DNA of 64,000 nucleotides from Trypanosoma brucei (taxonomy: Eukaryota). Shown one piece after another: positions 24,822 through 34,932 of the stretch. The position numbers and the translations under genes are program-made. The stretch covers positions 1,376,001-1,440,000 of the forward strand of contig CP000067.1 in the NCBI GenBank assembly GCA_000002445.1. The letters are read 5' to 3'. The notes under the pieces are model-generated. The model did not search any database. It worked only from the letters and a program-made list of their open reading frames with translations, and was not told the origin of the DNA. Every line of letters starts with the position of its first letter. Positions within the stretch are counted from its first letter, which is position 1.

Positions 24822-27800
24822 TCATTTCCGGAACACGAACGTCGCCAGGAGACTTTTCTTGAGAACTTCCATTACCTCGCGAATGTTGTTGGCTTTTGTG
24901 CCGTTAACTTCCTCGAGGAACCACACGGGCTTTGACTGATACGTACGCATGAAGGGGTGCAAACGGCGTGGGTCTGAGAGCCTGTACATCGGTAAGGAAC
25001 CGATGGCCAGCGTTTTAACTGTCCAGTCGAACCGCAGGCCAATATCCCACGGAACATCCAAGCTTTGCCGTCGCACTACCAGTCGGTTCTCGTCAAACTT
25101 TTCGATCGCAACACTGCCGTTTGGAAAGATGAGAGCATTGGCAACCAAAGTTGCCTCCGACGGAGAGGAAACGGGTGTGACCGTGGGCAAACCGCTAACT
25201 CTACTCGTGGAAATGAGCGGCACGTCACCAACAGCTTGCGTGACAGCAGCTGCAGTCACATCACCTACCTTACAGACTGGTCTCTGGTTGCGGGCCATCA
25301 CCTGCTTTCTATATCTTTCTAACTTTTTCCTTGCTCTTTCATGTCGCTGCTGTTCAGATAAAGTGCATTCCTGGTTAGACGCAATCCGCGGAGGCCCGTC
25401 ACTGGCACGATTTCCTCCCAACCCCTCCTCTTCCACAACACATCCTTCTTCGTCGGAATTCTTGCGCCCAGCCCCACCCTCAGCCTTCATGCGCTCAGCC
25501 TCTTCCTCAGCCTTCATGCGCTCAGCCTCTTCTTCAGCCTTCATGCGCTTAACCTCTTCTTCAGCCTTCATGCGCTCAGCATCTTCTTCAGCCTTCATGC
25601 GCTCAGCCTCTTCCTCAGCCTTCATGCGCTCAGCCTCTTCCTCAGCCTTCATGCGCTTAACCTCTTCCTCAGCCTTCATGCGCTCAGCCTCTTCTTCAGC
25701 CTTCATGCGCTCAGCCTCTTCCTCAGCCTTCATGCGCTCAGCCTCTTCTTCAGCCTTCATGCGCTCAGCCTCTTCCTCAGCCTTCATGCGCTCAGCCTCT
25801 TCCTCAGCCTCCACGCGCTCAGCATCTTCTTCAGCCTTCATGCGCTCAGCCTCTTCTTCAGCCTTCATGCGCTCAGCCTCTTCTTCAGCCTTCATGCGCT
25901 CAGCATCTTCTTCAGCCTTCATGCGCTCAGCCTCTTCTTCAGCCTTCATGCGCTCAGCCTCTTCTTCAGCCTTCATGCGCTCAGCATCTTCTTCAGCCTT
26001 CATGCGCTCAGCATCTTCTTCAGCCTTCATGCGCTCAGCATCTTCTTCAGCCTTCATGCGCTCAGCCTCTTCCTTCTTTGTCCAAGCATCACTCTGAAGC
26101 TGGTTACGGGAAACCTTTTCTGCCATTCTGCGTGCACCTTTATTCGCTCGCTTCCGCAGAGTTTTTCGTGCTTCAGCAAGTTTTCGGGCTCTCTCAGCCT
26201 TCTTCCTGGCAGCTTCCTCCTCTGCTCTCTTCCTGGCAGCTTCCTCCTCAGCTTTCTTCCTGGCAGCTTCCTCCTCTGCTTTCTTTCTGGCAGCTTCCTC
26301 CTCTGCCTTCTTCCTGGCAGCTTCCTCCTCAGCCTTCTTCCTGGCAGCTTCCTCCTCTGCTTTCTTCCTGGCTGCTTCCTCCTCAGCCTTCTTCCTGGCA
26401 GCTTCCTCCTCTGCCTTCTTCCTGGCTGCTTCCTCCTCAGCCTTCTTCCTGGCAGCTTCCTCCTCAGCTCTCTTCCTGGCAGCTTCCTCCTCTGCTCTCT
26501 TCCTGGCTGCTTCCTCCTCTGCTTTCTTCCTGGCTGCTTCCTCCTCAGCCTTCTTCCTGGCAGCTTCCTCCTCTGCCTTCTTCCTGGCTGCTTCCTCCTC
26601 AGCCTTCTTCCTGGCAGCTTCCTCCTCAGCCTTCTTCCTGGCAGCTTCCTCCTCAGCTCTCTTCCTGGCAGCTTCCTCCTCAGCCTTCTTCCTGGCTGCT
26701 TCCTCCTCTGCTCTCTTCCTGGCTGCTTCCTCCTCAGCCTTCTTCCTGGCTGCTTCCTCCTCTGCTTTCTTCCTGGCAGCTTCCTCCTCAGCTTTCTTCC
26801 TGGCAGCTTCTTCGGCCTTCATGCGTGCCTTTCGTGCTTGAGCGCGTTTTCGCATCTTTTCAGCCTTCTTCCTGGCTGCTTCCTCCTCTGCTTTCTTCCT
26901 GGCAGCTTCCTCCTCTGCCTTCTTCCTGGCTGCTTCCTCCTCAGCTTTCTTCCTGGCAGCTTCCTCCTCTGCTCTCTTCCTGGCAACTTCCTCCTCTGCT
27001 TTCTTCCTGGCAGCTTCCTCCTCAGCCTTCTTCCTGGCTGCTTCCTCCTCAGCCTTCTTCCTGGCAGCTTCCTCCTCTGCTCTCTTCCTGGCAGCTTCCT
27101 CCTCTGCTCTCTTCCTGGCAGCTTCCTCCTCTGCCTTCTTCCTGGCAGCTTCCTCCTCTGCTCTCTTCCTGGCTGCTTCCTCCTCTGCTTTCTTCCTGGC
27201 AGCTTCTTCGGCCTTCATGCGTGCGTTTCGTGCTTGAGCGCGTTTTCGCATTTTTTCAGCTTTCTTCCTGGCAGCTTCCTCCTCTGCTTTCTTCCTGGCT
27301 GCTTCCTCCTCAGCTTTCTTCCTGGCAGCTTCCTCCTCTGCTTTCTTCCTGGCAGCTTCCTCCTCTGCTTTCTTCCTGGCAGCTTCCTCCTCAGCTTTCT
27401 TCCTGGCAGCTTCCTCCTCAGCTTTCTTCCTGGCTGCTTCCTCCTCAGCTTTCTTCCTGGCAGCTTCCTCCTCTGCTCTCTTCCTGGCTGCTTCCTCCTC
27501 AGCTTTCTTCCTGGCAGCTTCCTCCTCAGCTTTCTTCCTGGCTGCTTCCTCCTCAGCTTTCTTCCTGGCAGCTTCCTCCTCTGCTCTCTTCCTGGCAGCT
27601 TCCTCCTCTGCTTTCTTCCTGGCAGCTTCCTCCTCTGCTTTCTTCCTAGCTGCTTCTTCTGCTTTCTTCGCCGTGGTATCTTTCTCTCTCATTCGACTTC
27701 TCGCAGATAATTTCTTAGCGCGTTTCCTTTCCCCATCTGTTTTCGAGCGCTTTTGCCGAGTTTCCAACCTTTCCATCGAAGCCTTCTTCGTTGCTGTGTT

Positions 27801-28958
27801 AAACGCAGTTTCGTCTGTCACTATGTTCATGTTGTTTTTCTGAAATGTTTTTACATCGACAAATGCGGAGAGAATGGGTCTGCTCACGGAGCTGTTGACG
27901 CGCTTCTGTTTTAGCGCATCACCGTTGTTCCGAGCTCTTTCAACTTCACCGGGGGTTTGACACACAAAATCCTTGCTATATACGGGCCCATCCCCATAAT
28001 TTAATCCCTGTGAATGCATTTCGGGGACGTTTCGGGGAAGCACGCTGGAGATGGCGAGATGTGCGGGGGTCGTCACGCTTTGTTTGGTGTGATTGATGCC
28101 GTTTTTCGTGGAAGTCAACTCCACCACTGACGGAGGGAAAGTTGTGTCGCCTTTGGGCTGCCTGGATTCAAATCCTCGTGGGGCGGCATGCGCTTGATGC
28201 CTTGACCCGTTCAAATCGTAGTGGGTCTCAACCTGTGTTCCCTTCGGCCCTTCGACACAATGAGTTGCGCCGATATTTCCCGTAGCCATTGAGAGCGCTG
28301 TACCACCCCTCCAAAGCCGCTGCCGCTCCTCCAGCGCGCTTACAGTCATCTGGACCGCAGTGGTTTGTACGGGAGCAGCCGTCATAGTGGCTGTTTCTGA
28401 AATTCTGGTGTCCACATCAGGTTTTGGAAGTTGGCACTGCGTCCCCTGGTGTTGTTTCATGCTCTTGAATGCCCCCACATCTCCCTGCGCGGTCGGCTCC
28501 GTTTTTTTCTTTGCTTCTGCAACCAACTTGCTGGCATCATCAGAAACCTCTGTTGTGGGCTTACAGTGCATCCCTAGTTGCTGATGTCCCGTTGTCTTGG
28601 TGCCAACTGTCCCCCTTTCCTTATCAGTTACAGACCGTGACTTGGGGTCAATGCCATCGCTAAACTTCGCCACTCCGGGGCGATGTGCCTCGTCAAGCGA
28701 CTTCGGCGGCATCAATGCGGTTTCGAGTTTGAAAGCAGTTGAATTAACAGTCGGAGCAACTCCCGTCGACTGCACTTCTGGTGTGGCAGCGGTTGGGGGG
28801 TTGACGCCGAAGGGCGTGTTCTGATGCTCATACGTGGCCTTACGCCCCTCATGTTGGTGCTGCGCTACTGTCGGTGATAGCGAAGACTTTGGAGTCACAA
28901 GTTTCTGTGCGTGAGCAGCCGTATGGTGGTGGTGACGGCGATGGCGGCGAGCAGCCAT
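24822..28958 (-). CDS. Giant repetitive protein of about 1379 aa. It has a non-repetitive N-terminal domain, about 60 tandem AEEEAARKK 9-mers and about 25 AERMKAEE(E/D) 9-mers, and a ~200-aa C-terminal domain.
   Basis: Single long ORF on the PTU strand. The track start is GTG, so I trimmed to the ATG (MAARRHRRHHHH...). The 27-nt repeats are perfect and visible in the DNA at 25475-26075 and 26190-27660. The antisense ORFs across this region are repeat artefacts. Confidence 0.75.
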   Translation of the reverse strand: MAARRHRRHHHHTAAHAQKLVTPKSSLSPTVAQHQHEGRKATYEHQNTPFGVNPPTAATPEVQSTGVAPTVNSTAFKLETALMPPKSLDEAHRPGVAKFSDGIDPKSRSVTDKERGTVGTKTTGHQQLGMHCKPTTEVSDDASKLVAEAKKKTEPTAQGDVGAFKSMKQHQGTQCQLPKPDVDTRISETATMTAAPVQTTAVQMTVSALEERQRLWRGGTALSMATGNIGATHCVEGPKGTQVETHYDLNGSRHQAHAAPRGFESRQPKGDTTFPPSVVELTSTKNGINHTKQSVTTPAHLAISSVLPRNVPEMHSQGLNYGDGPVYSKDFVCQTPGEVERARNNGDALKQKRVNSSVSRPILSAFVDVKTFQKNNMNIVTDETAFNTATKKASMERLETRQKRSKTDGERKRAKKLSARSRMREKDTTAKKAEEAARKKAEEEAARKKAEEEAARKRAEEEAARKKAEEEAARKKAEEEAARKKAEEEAARKRAEEEAARKKAEEEAARKKAEEEAARKKAEEEAARKKAEEEAARKKAEEEAARKKAEEEAARKKAEEEAARKKAEKMRKRAQARNARMKAEEAARKKAEEEAARKRAEEEAARKKAEEEAARKRAEEEAARKRAEEEAARKKAEEEAARKKAEEEAARKKAEEEVARKRAEEEAARKKAEEEAARKKAEEEAARKKAEEEAARKKAEKMRKRAQARKARMKAEEAARKKAEEEAARKKAEEEAARKKAEEEAARKRAEEEAARKKAEEEAARKRAEEEAARKKAEEEAARKKAEEEAARKKAEEEAARKKAEEEAARKKAEEEAARKRAEEEAARKRAEEEAARKKAEEEAARKKAEEEAARKKAEEEAARKKAEEEAARKKAEEEAARKKAEEEAARKKAEEEAARKKAEEEAARKRAEEEAARKKAERARKLAEARKTLRKRANKGARRMAEKVSRNQLQSDAWTKKEEAERMKAEEDAERMKAEEDAERMKAEEDAERMKAEEEAERMKAEEEAERMKAEEDAERMKAEEEAERMKAEEEAERMKAEEDAERVEAEEEAERMKAEEEAERMKAEEEAERMKAEEEAERMKAEEEAERMKAEEEVKRMKAEEEAERMKAEEEAERMKAEEDAERMKAEEEVKRMKAEEEAERMKAEEEAERMKAEGGAGRKNSDEEGCVVEEEGLGGNRASDGPPRIASNQECTLSEQQRHERARKKLERYRKQVMARNQRPVCKVGDVTAAAVTQAVGDVPLISTSRVSGLPTVTPVSSPSEATLVANALIFPNGSVAIEKFDENRLVVRRQSLDVPWDIGLRFDWTVKTLAIGSLPMYRLSDPRRLHPFMRTYQSKPVWFLEEVNGTKANNIREVMEVLKKSLLATFVFRK
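25475..26075. repeat. Perfect 27-nt tandem repeats encoding AERMKAEE(E/D), in the C-terminal part of the same protein.
   Basis: Repeated cttcatgcgctcagc(c/a)tcttc(c/t)tcagc units. Confidence 0.9.
26190..27660. repeat. Perfect 27-nt tandem repeats encoding AEEEAARK(K/R). Two interrupters (KAEKMRKRAQARNARMKAEE) at about 26810-26870 and 27180-27250 split the run into three blocks.
   Basis: Visible directly in the sequence (gcagcttcctcctc(a/t)gc(c/t)(t/c)tcttcctg). Confidence 0.9.
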
Positions 28959-29977
28959 AAATTCTTGATTCAGGGATGGGATGAAAAGTGAATGGGAAAA
29001 GAGGGATTTCAACTTCAGAAAGTGAGAAGACGCCAAGGAAAGAAGAGGCCTCAAACCAGAGAGGTTAACAAGCGTCTCTAGGCAATGCCCCAACACACAA
29101 CCGCTGGACACCAGTGAATAAGGCGTTCAAAATAGACTTTAACAAACAGTTTAAACTGAAACTCATACATGCATACATTACATGCCAACTCTTGCAGCAA
29201 CCGAACGAACGGAATGACCTCTTGTATTCGGTGGCAGGCGAGTAACGTAGCATTTGGTAAAAGTTCGCTACAACAAACAAATTCACTGTGTGACTGCCCC
29301 TTCTTGTTTCTTTTCAACGTTGCGCATCGGCCTTCTTGACAAATACGTTGCTCACGGGCACACTCCTTCACATATAAGAGTTGAAGGAGAATATATGAAA
29401 GGGTACTGGACAGGAAATGGACACTGACAGGCATCACTTTTTGTGTAGTTTACCGGTGTAATAATTTCCATAGAGAAACCCACAACCCACGTTGCCCAAG
29501 TCTGTGCGGCGGGAAGAAATGCAGGGGGAAAGGAAGTAATAGCATACCTGCGTAAGCTATGCGTCAACGGTGCTTACTGACGTCGATCCCTTTGGCACGC
29601 GGCGGCGGCAGCTTCAACTTCAGATCCAAAAAATATGTTTGACAAAGGACGGTTTGAGTCACTTCCCTGTTGTTATAACATGTCACAGTTCAATAACCAG
29701 CAAAAGATGTTGACTTTTTTTTTGTTGTCCCCAGTAGCCTCAGCCGATACTTTAACCTTCAAACCCGGAAGATTGGTTCACCCCGCACGCTTCAGCACCC
29801 TCGCTTATTTCATTCCCACACAGCACAACCTCCCGTTCCGCAGCTGAGCAGTGCTGAAACACAAAGAAAACAAAAGGAAATGCACATTGTACTGATTGGT
29901 CGACGAAACGCACCAAAAACAAAAAACGGATCGGCAGGGAGTTAATAACTCTTGGAAGCGCTGTTTTGAAAAAAAAA

Positions 29978-30775
29978 TCAAAAACAATTGCATGTCGCTT
30001 TCTTCACCTTAGTTTCCTTCACAGGACGACAAATGCCCACTATCTTTGCCCTCAACTCCGCGGTCGAAACCTCGACAAACTCAATGTTGCTCTCGCGGAG
30101 AAAGTCGGCGACTGCCTTCTTCAACTTTGCACCCTCAGGTCCCGAGTGCCGACCGGCACCGGTAATAATTTGCATTTCAGCCACCTCACCCACGGAGGCC
30201 TCCCGCAGGCGTTCAACACGCGACTTCAACATATTAACTGCCTCTTCTACTCGCAGGCCATGCATGTCAAAGTAGTCCTTCCCTTTACCCTTGTTTTCGT
30301 TGTTGTGCCTTGCAATGGCATTGGCAGCCTCCTGGTTCTTCAAACGCATTTGCTCGCCCGCCTTCTTTGCCTCTTCCAGCGTTAAGCTGACCTCATGCTT
30401 CTTTCCTTCACCGCGTAACCGAGTAACCTCATCAAGTAATTCTGCACGCTTGGTTGCCCACGCTGCTGCATCCTTACGCAGTCGACTCCCCTCAGGTCCC
30501 TCATAATCGGGGTTAATGGCTGCGTTTATGATGTCACGCACACGACTCGTAGCGTCACTCAACTTCTCCTTGTTGTCAGCGGTAATGCAAACCCTGCAGC
30601 CATCGCTTATGGTAATTGTTGCTCCCGTTTCACACTGCAGACTCTTAATGGTGGACCCGCCCTCGCCAATGACGTGACCAATAAACTCCGGTGGCGCTTC
30701 TATCACCTCCTGCAGTGGATTCATTTCCCCATTTGCTCCTCCCTCGCCGCCTTCCCGGCACCCCGTGACATGCAT
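29978..30775 (-). CDS. KH-domain plus Smr-domain protein. Putative RNA-binding endonuclease.
   Basis: About 265 aa; the ATG is at MHVTG. The KH core is PEFIGHVIGEGGSTIKSLQCETGATITI. The C-terminal Smr signature is DMHGLRVEEAVNMLKSRV...MQIITGAGRHSGPEGAKLKKAVADFL. Confidence 0.75.
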   Translation of the reverse strand: MHVTGCREGGEGGANGEMNPLQEVIEAPPEFIGHVIGEGGSTIKSLQCETGATITISDGCRVCITADNKEKLSDATSRVRDIINAAINPDYEGPEGSRLRKDAAAWATKRAELLDEVTRLRGEGKKHEVSLTLEEAKKAGEQMRLKNQEAANAIARHNNENKGKGKDYFDMHGLRVEEAVNMLKSRVERLREASVGEVAEMQIITGAGRHSGPEGAKLKKAVADFLRESNIEFVEVSTAELRAKIVGICRPVKETKVKKATCNCF

Positions 30776-32271
30776 AGTTGTAAAAAACGGTTCCAATATG
30801 ATTGTTTATCCCTTCACTAAACCTACGTTTAAGGGTAGATGCATTACACCGTGGCAGAAGGTGGCAAAGAACGGAAGGTCATTCACCAACAGGCCAAAAC
30901 AACTTTCGACTCACCGCCGTTGGATACAACGAAATATGACCCCCGTGCACACCCCCAATTATTTTTTCCGACGAGGAAAAGGTTCCGTGGTGAGGTGTCC
31001 CCTGTTCCCAAGTGGTTAACGATATCAGTATCGCCTCACCATTATTGCAACCAATTGGCAACGAGAAAGTTTCTTCCCGGCGCACTACACAGCAAAATTA
31101 AGCAGCCGCGCTTCCCCAATCGAATCCCAATAAACAAATATGTCACGTACTCATTCAGGCTGGTCTTTAGCCAGATGCCGGTGGATAACCAATGTTTCCA
31201 CAGCTTAGTGTGCTGTTTCTGTCACCGCAACATTCCATAATTATTTATATTTGAAAATTTAAAATGAAACAGCAGATCGGCTTACAGTCGCATCTGCAAT
31301 CGATTGAAATTCAACTAAAAGATCACACCACAAGTTACCAACGACGTACAGTTGTGAAAGGGAGATGAGACAAAAAAAAAAGGACACATTCCATCGGCGA
31401 GGGGGAAGCGAGTTGCGGCATGCACGAAAAGCTCGAACCTTCGCCTCAGCCAAGAGGTTGTCAACATGATCATACGCACATACTCACGCACATGCACAAT
31501 TCCATAACTTCGTATAAAATCTCAGTAAGCAAACGCAACCGTCAACGGTAATAGCTGCGGCTCCTATAGGCATGGAGGAAAAACAAGCGCTGCGTGCCTT
31601 CCGAAGATGAAACCGACAGCCTTGCATTCAAGTGGTTACGAGCGACCCGCGTTCAAGTATGAAAAGATTCAGGGTAAAACAAAAGAAAGAAAAGGGAAAA
31701 TCCAAAGAGTTGGCGAAGTAAAGCACACAGACCCAAGGCGATCTGTCACGGGTAAAATGATGGTGACTCATTTGAATGTGGAAATTGGTCAACTGTGCAC
31801 ACCCACAGGTATCAATAGCCCTCAAAGAACCCGTGCAGTAGCGTTGCACGGCAAAGTAGGAGGAGAAAAGCAAAATAAAAAAGGTGAAAGTACGTGTGAG
31901 AATAAAAACAGAACCCAAAGGAACGCTGACGGTGGAAGTACGGAAAGAAGAAACTGCGCATGCCGTCGTACAGTTATAGTACACAGGCGCGCACAGACAG
32001 AGGAGGGGGAAAAGAAAAAGTCGCGATCCAAACCATCCATCAAACCCTTCTTTCCGTTCTTGGTGACGAGTTTTCGCCGTTTTGCTATGGACCCAACCCG
32101 CATCTACAGAGGAGATCGGAATTGGTACGTGAGCAGAAAAGATTTGGTGTTTCTTCATTTCGCTTAATAGAACAAATACAGTGCAAGCAACCAGACGCTT
32201 ACGCACCTGCAATCCGCTCCACTATCAATCACATATACACTCCCTTCCATTCGGCCCAAATGTACAGGTGC

Positions 32272-33069
32272 TTACGCACGGCAATAATAATGTACATTCT
32301 TTCCTACCAACACGTGTTCATCATCCTCTGAAGCTCCATCAGGACTACTAAACCAGAGTCGTGAGTGGGTACTGTTGTCATCCGTTTCATAATACAAGCT
32401 ATTCTCTACCATCGCGCCGTCATCACCACGATACAAATTTCCCTCAGCGAAGATAAGCAGCGACACAAGTAGACGCGCTCGTTTGTTGTAAAGGAAGTAA
32501 TGCTGTGAGAAAAGCGCCCGTGACGCCATGGGATCACAACTGGGCGAGGCAAAGCGGAAGTACTCACATCCCTGACTTGCATCAGATGCGTGCTCCGTTA
32601 CGCGGACCCAAAACTGTCCTACAGCCGGACCGCACGATGAGGGAAATGAGCGCAGTGTGTTGTTGACCTCCGCCCGCACATGGGCCTCATCACATGGCAC
32701 AAAATCCTCCTCCGTCAGAACAGAGAAGTCATAACCGTCCTCACCATAAATGCTGTTTAGCGCGGCCACGAGAAACACCAACCGATCGTCGATGTCACTT
32801 GGCTCGACGGGCTCCGTAGGCACTACATGCGCACTGTCATCTGATAAATTCAGCAGCGGCGGAACCGGGGCATTTGCACTGCACAGTGGTCTAAGCGGTG
32901 GAGTTGTTTTGTTCGCGTATTCTGCGATACTGGCGGCGAGCAGCTTCTTCTTGCGGGTACAACGACATGTGAAAGCCTCCAGTCGCACCGTCATGAGACA
33001 TCCTTGTGCCTCCACACCCTGAAGCAAAGAATTCAAAAACTCAAAACTCTCGAGGGGAACGAACTCCAT
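32272..33069 (-). CDS. MAF1: Maf1-like repressor of RNA polymerase III
   Basis: The first ATG gives MEFVPLESFEFLNSLLQGVE...RLEAFTCRCTRKKKLL, compared with human MAF1 MKLLENSSFEAINSQL...[22 protein letters not shown]. The C-terminus has WF..PDGASEDDEHVL and SQHYFLYNKRARLLVSLL, which matches the Maf1 signature (W…NYFFYNKK.KRI). Confidence 0.65.
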   Translation of the reverse strand: MEFVPLESFEFLNSLLQGVEAQGCLMTVRLEAFTCRCTRKKKLLAASIAEYANKTTPPLRPLCSANAPVPPLLNLSDDSAHVVPTEPVEPSDIDDRLVFLVAALNSIYGEDGYDFSVLTEEDFVPCDEAHVRAEVNNTLRSFPSSCGPAVGQFWVRVTEHASDASQGCEYFRFASPSCDPMASRALFSQHYFLYNKRARLLVSLLIFAEGNLYRGDDGAMVENSLYYETDDNSTHSRLWFSSPDGASEDDEHVLVGKNVHYYCRA

Positions 33070-33807
33070 CAGAACGTCCACGAAATGTAAACCAACTCGA
33101 TAACGGTTTTCTGATTTTTTTTTAAAAACTATTGGATACGATTTGGAAATAAAGAAAACGCACTAGCACGCGGAAAAAACTTGCACTGATTTAAACAAGT
33201 GCACACAAGTGAATCGGAAACGCAAACACCTGGACGTGCAGCCAAAGAGATGTGCCGCCCCGCCACTGGCTGATTTCCACAAGCAATCCTTTTGGATGCA
33301 ATATTAAAATACGCTCAAAAGCCAGCTTTTGGCCCCTTTTCGTGTTGGTGTCTCAGAGCTCTACCAAAATATGTGGGTATATATACCTAAAAGCAGTGTA
33401 AATGCTTCTATTCCTGTGTCACGGTGAGCACAGTTATTTGATCTTGTATGACTAAGCGGACGGGATGCCGTCTAGGGGAAGGTTTCTACATATATACACG
33501 AGCCAGATGGAAGGGAAAGATGGAATGAAGAAGAAGTGGAATTGCACACAACGAGTTGGAATAAATCACCTCTGTTCGCATAAATTAGGTTACCCGATGA
33601 GAAGAAAAATAGATGTATGGAAATATGACAAGAAGGTACGTGATGCATGTAACAGGTACGAATGCTTTTCCGCCCCCCGTCCATAAACGCGCGAAGCACG
33701 ATGTCACGTCTTTGTTTCGTTTCGTCGGTTGTTGTCCCCCTTCTCTATCAGTATTCTATGAGTTGCATAACAGTACATTTATGTTACCCCTTTCGGAAGC
33801 AGCCGCC

Positions 33808-34932
33808 TCATTTCTTTTTTACTTTCTTTAGTTTCGCTGCTACAGGGCGTGGGGAGGTTTTTCCTTTCTTCGCTACAACCGGTGCCTTCCCCTTAGCGGT
33901 CTTTTTAACTTGTCCCTTTAGCGGCCGTTCACGCGCGGCGCGACCAGCGGCCCCTTTAGGCTCCTTCTTCGCAACCGGTTCAAATTTCAGGACCTCTACA
34001 ATCTTATCCTCCTTCTTTGATGCTGCAGCTTTGGGCTCTGTTTTGTTCGCTCCTTGCCGTCTTGCCACCGGCTTCTTGGCTACCGAACTAGCCCTACTTT
34101 TACTGACTACAGGTGAACTACGCGTTTTAGCGGAAACCGCCTTTCGCATTTCGTCCCGCACCATCTCCGCTGTCCATTCTTTCGTCTGCTCGCACAACTT
34201 CTCAAAGTAGCTACAGCCGTTACTCATCTTTTTCTTTAACTCTTTTCGTGTCTGCTCGTTACGCCGTGCCGCGATCTCGTAAGGCTTCCGCTGGAGGGTC
34301 GTCAGCACACGCCAGTTACGTTTGCAAGTTGACAAAAAGATAGCGTCCTCCTCCCAACCACTAGTACTGGTTCCATTCTGACGTGTGTAAAATTCTTTCG
34401 CAAACACATCGAGGGCCTTATTTGGTAGTTGTGGAGGTGGAATGGAAGCTAACAGAAGCCACGGCCGTTCAATACACTCGAAGAGGTCGCGAATACGACG
34501 GTTTTGACTACCTTCCGCGTTCTTACGCTGATCCAACACCGCCGGAACCCTTCGCTTTAACGCGGCGATCTTCGAGTCAATGTGACTCAAGAGAAATTTA
34601 TAGTTGTCATCCGATGCGTCACCGCTCGCTTTGCCCTCCTCCCTCTCTGAAGGCGGTAAAGCGCTACGACGTGATGAAGTGGATGATGCACCAGAACCGT
34701 TAGGGGAACTGATTCTGTCTATGATGGAGCGGGGTTCACCCCCTATGAAGCCATTACGACGCGGCAGGACATCGCCTCTCATAAAGCTAGTCGAGGCGCC
34801 GCCGCCTATGCTGCTAGTTGCGTTGCTGGTGCTTCCCGAACCTATGTGGGGCCGTGCTTTCGCCATCACAGCCCGCCGTATGCTCGTGGGCCCATCCTTC
34901 TCAAATAGAAACAACAACGTCTTCCGAAACAT
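33808..34932 (-). CDS. Hypothetical protein with a strongly basic, H1-like Lys/Ala/Pro-rich C-terminal tail.
   Basis: 374 aa with an ATG start on the PTU strand. The C-terminal ~110 aa read KKPVARRQGANKTEPKAAASKKEDK...AKGKAPVVAKKGKTSPRPVAAKLKKVKKK. The middle region has a weak helical motif (LQRKPYEIAARRNEQTRKELKKKM), but I cannot assign a domain with any confidence. Confidence 0.5.
   Translation of the reverse strand: MFRKTLLFLFEKDGPTSIRRAVMAKARPHIGSGSTSNATSSIGGGASTSFMRGDVLPRRNGFIGGEPRSIIDRISSPNGSGASSTSSRRSALPPSEREEGKASGDASDDNYKFLLSHIDSKIAALKRRVPAVLDQRKNAEGSQNRRIRDLFECIERPWLLLASIPPPQLPNKALDVFAKEFYTRQNGTSTSGWEEDAIFLSTCKRNWRVLTTLQRKPYEIAARRNEQTRKELKKKMSNGCSYFEKLCEQTKEWTAEMVRDEMRKAVSAKTRSSPVVSKSRASSVAKKPVARRQGANKTEPKAAASKKEDKIVEVLKFEPVAKKEPKGAAGRAARERPLKGQVKKTAKGKAPVVAKKGKTSPRPVAAKLKKVKKK

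Noticed and set aside
24949-27710. Long + strand ORFs (382, 523 and 290 aa) rich in SSSAFMR, SSWQLPP and LLPGSF repeats.
   Set aside because: They are antisense or alternate-frame readings of the 27-nt repeats in the minus-strand giant protein gene. Their periodicity is inherited from those repeats, and they run against the PTU direction.
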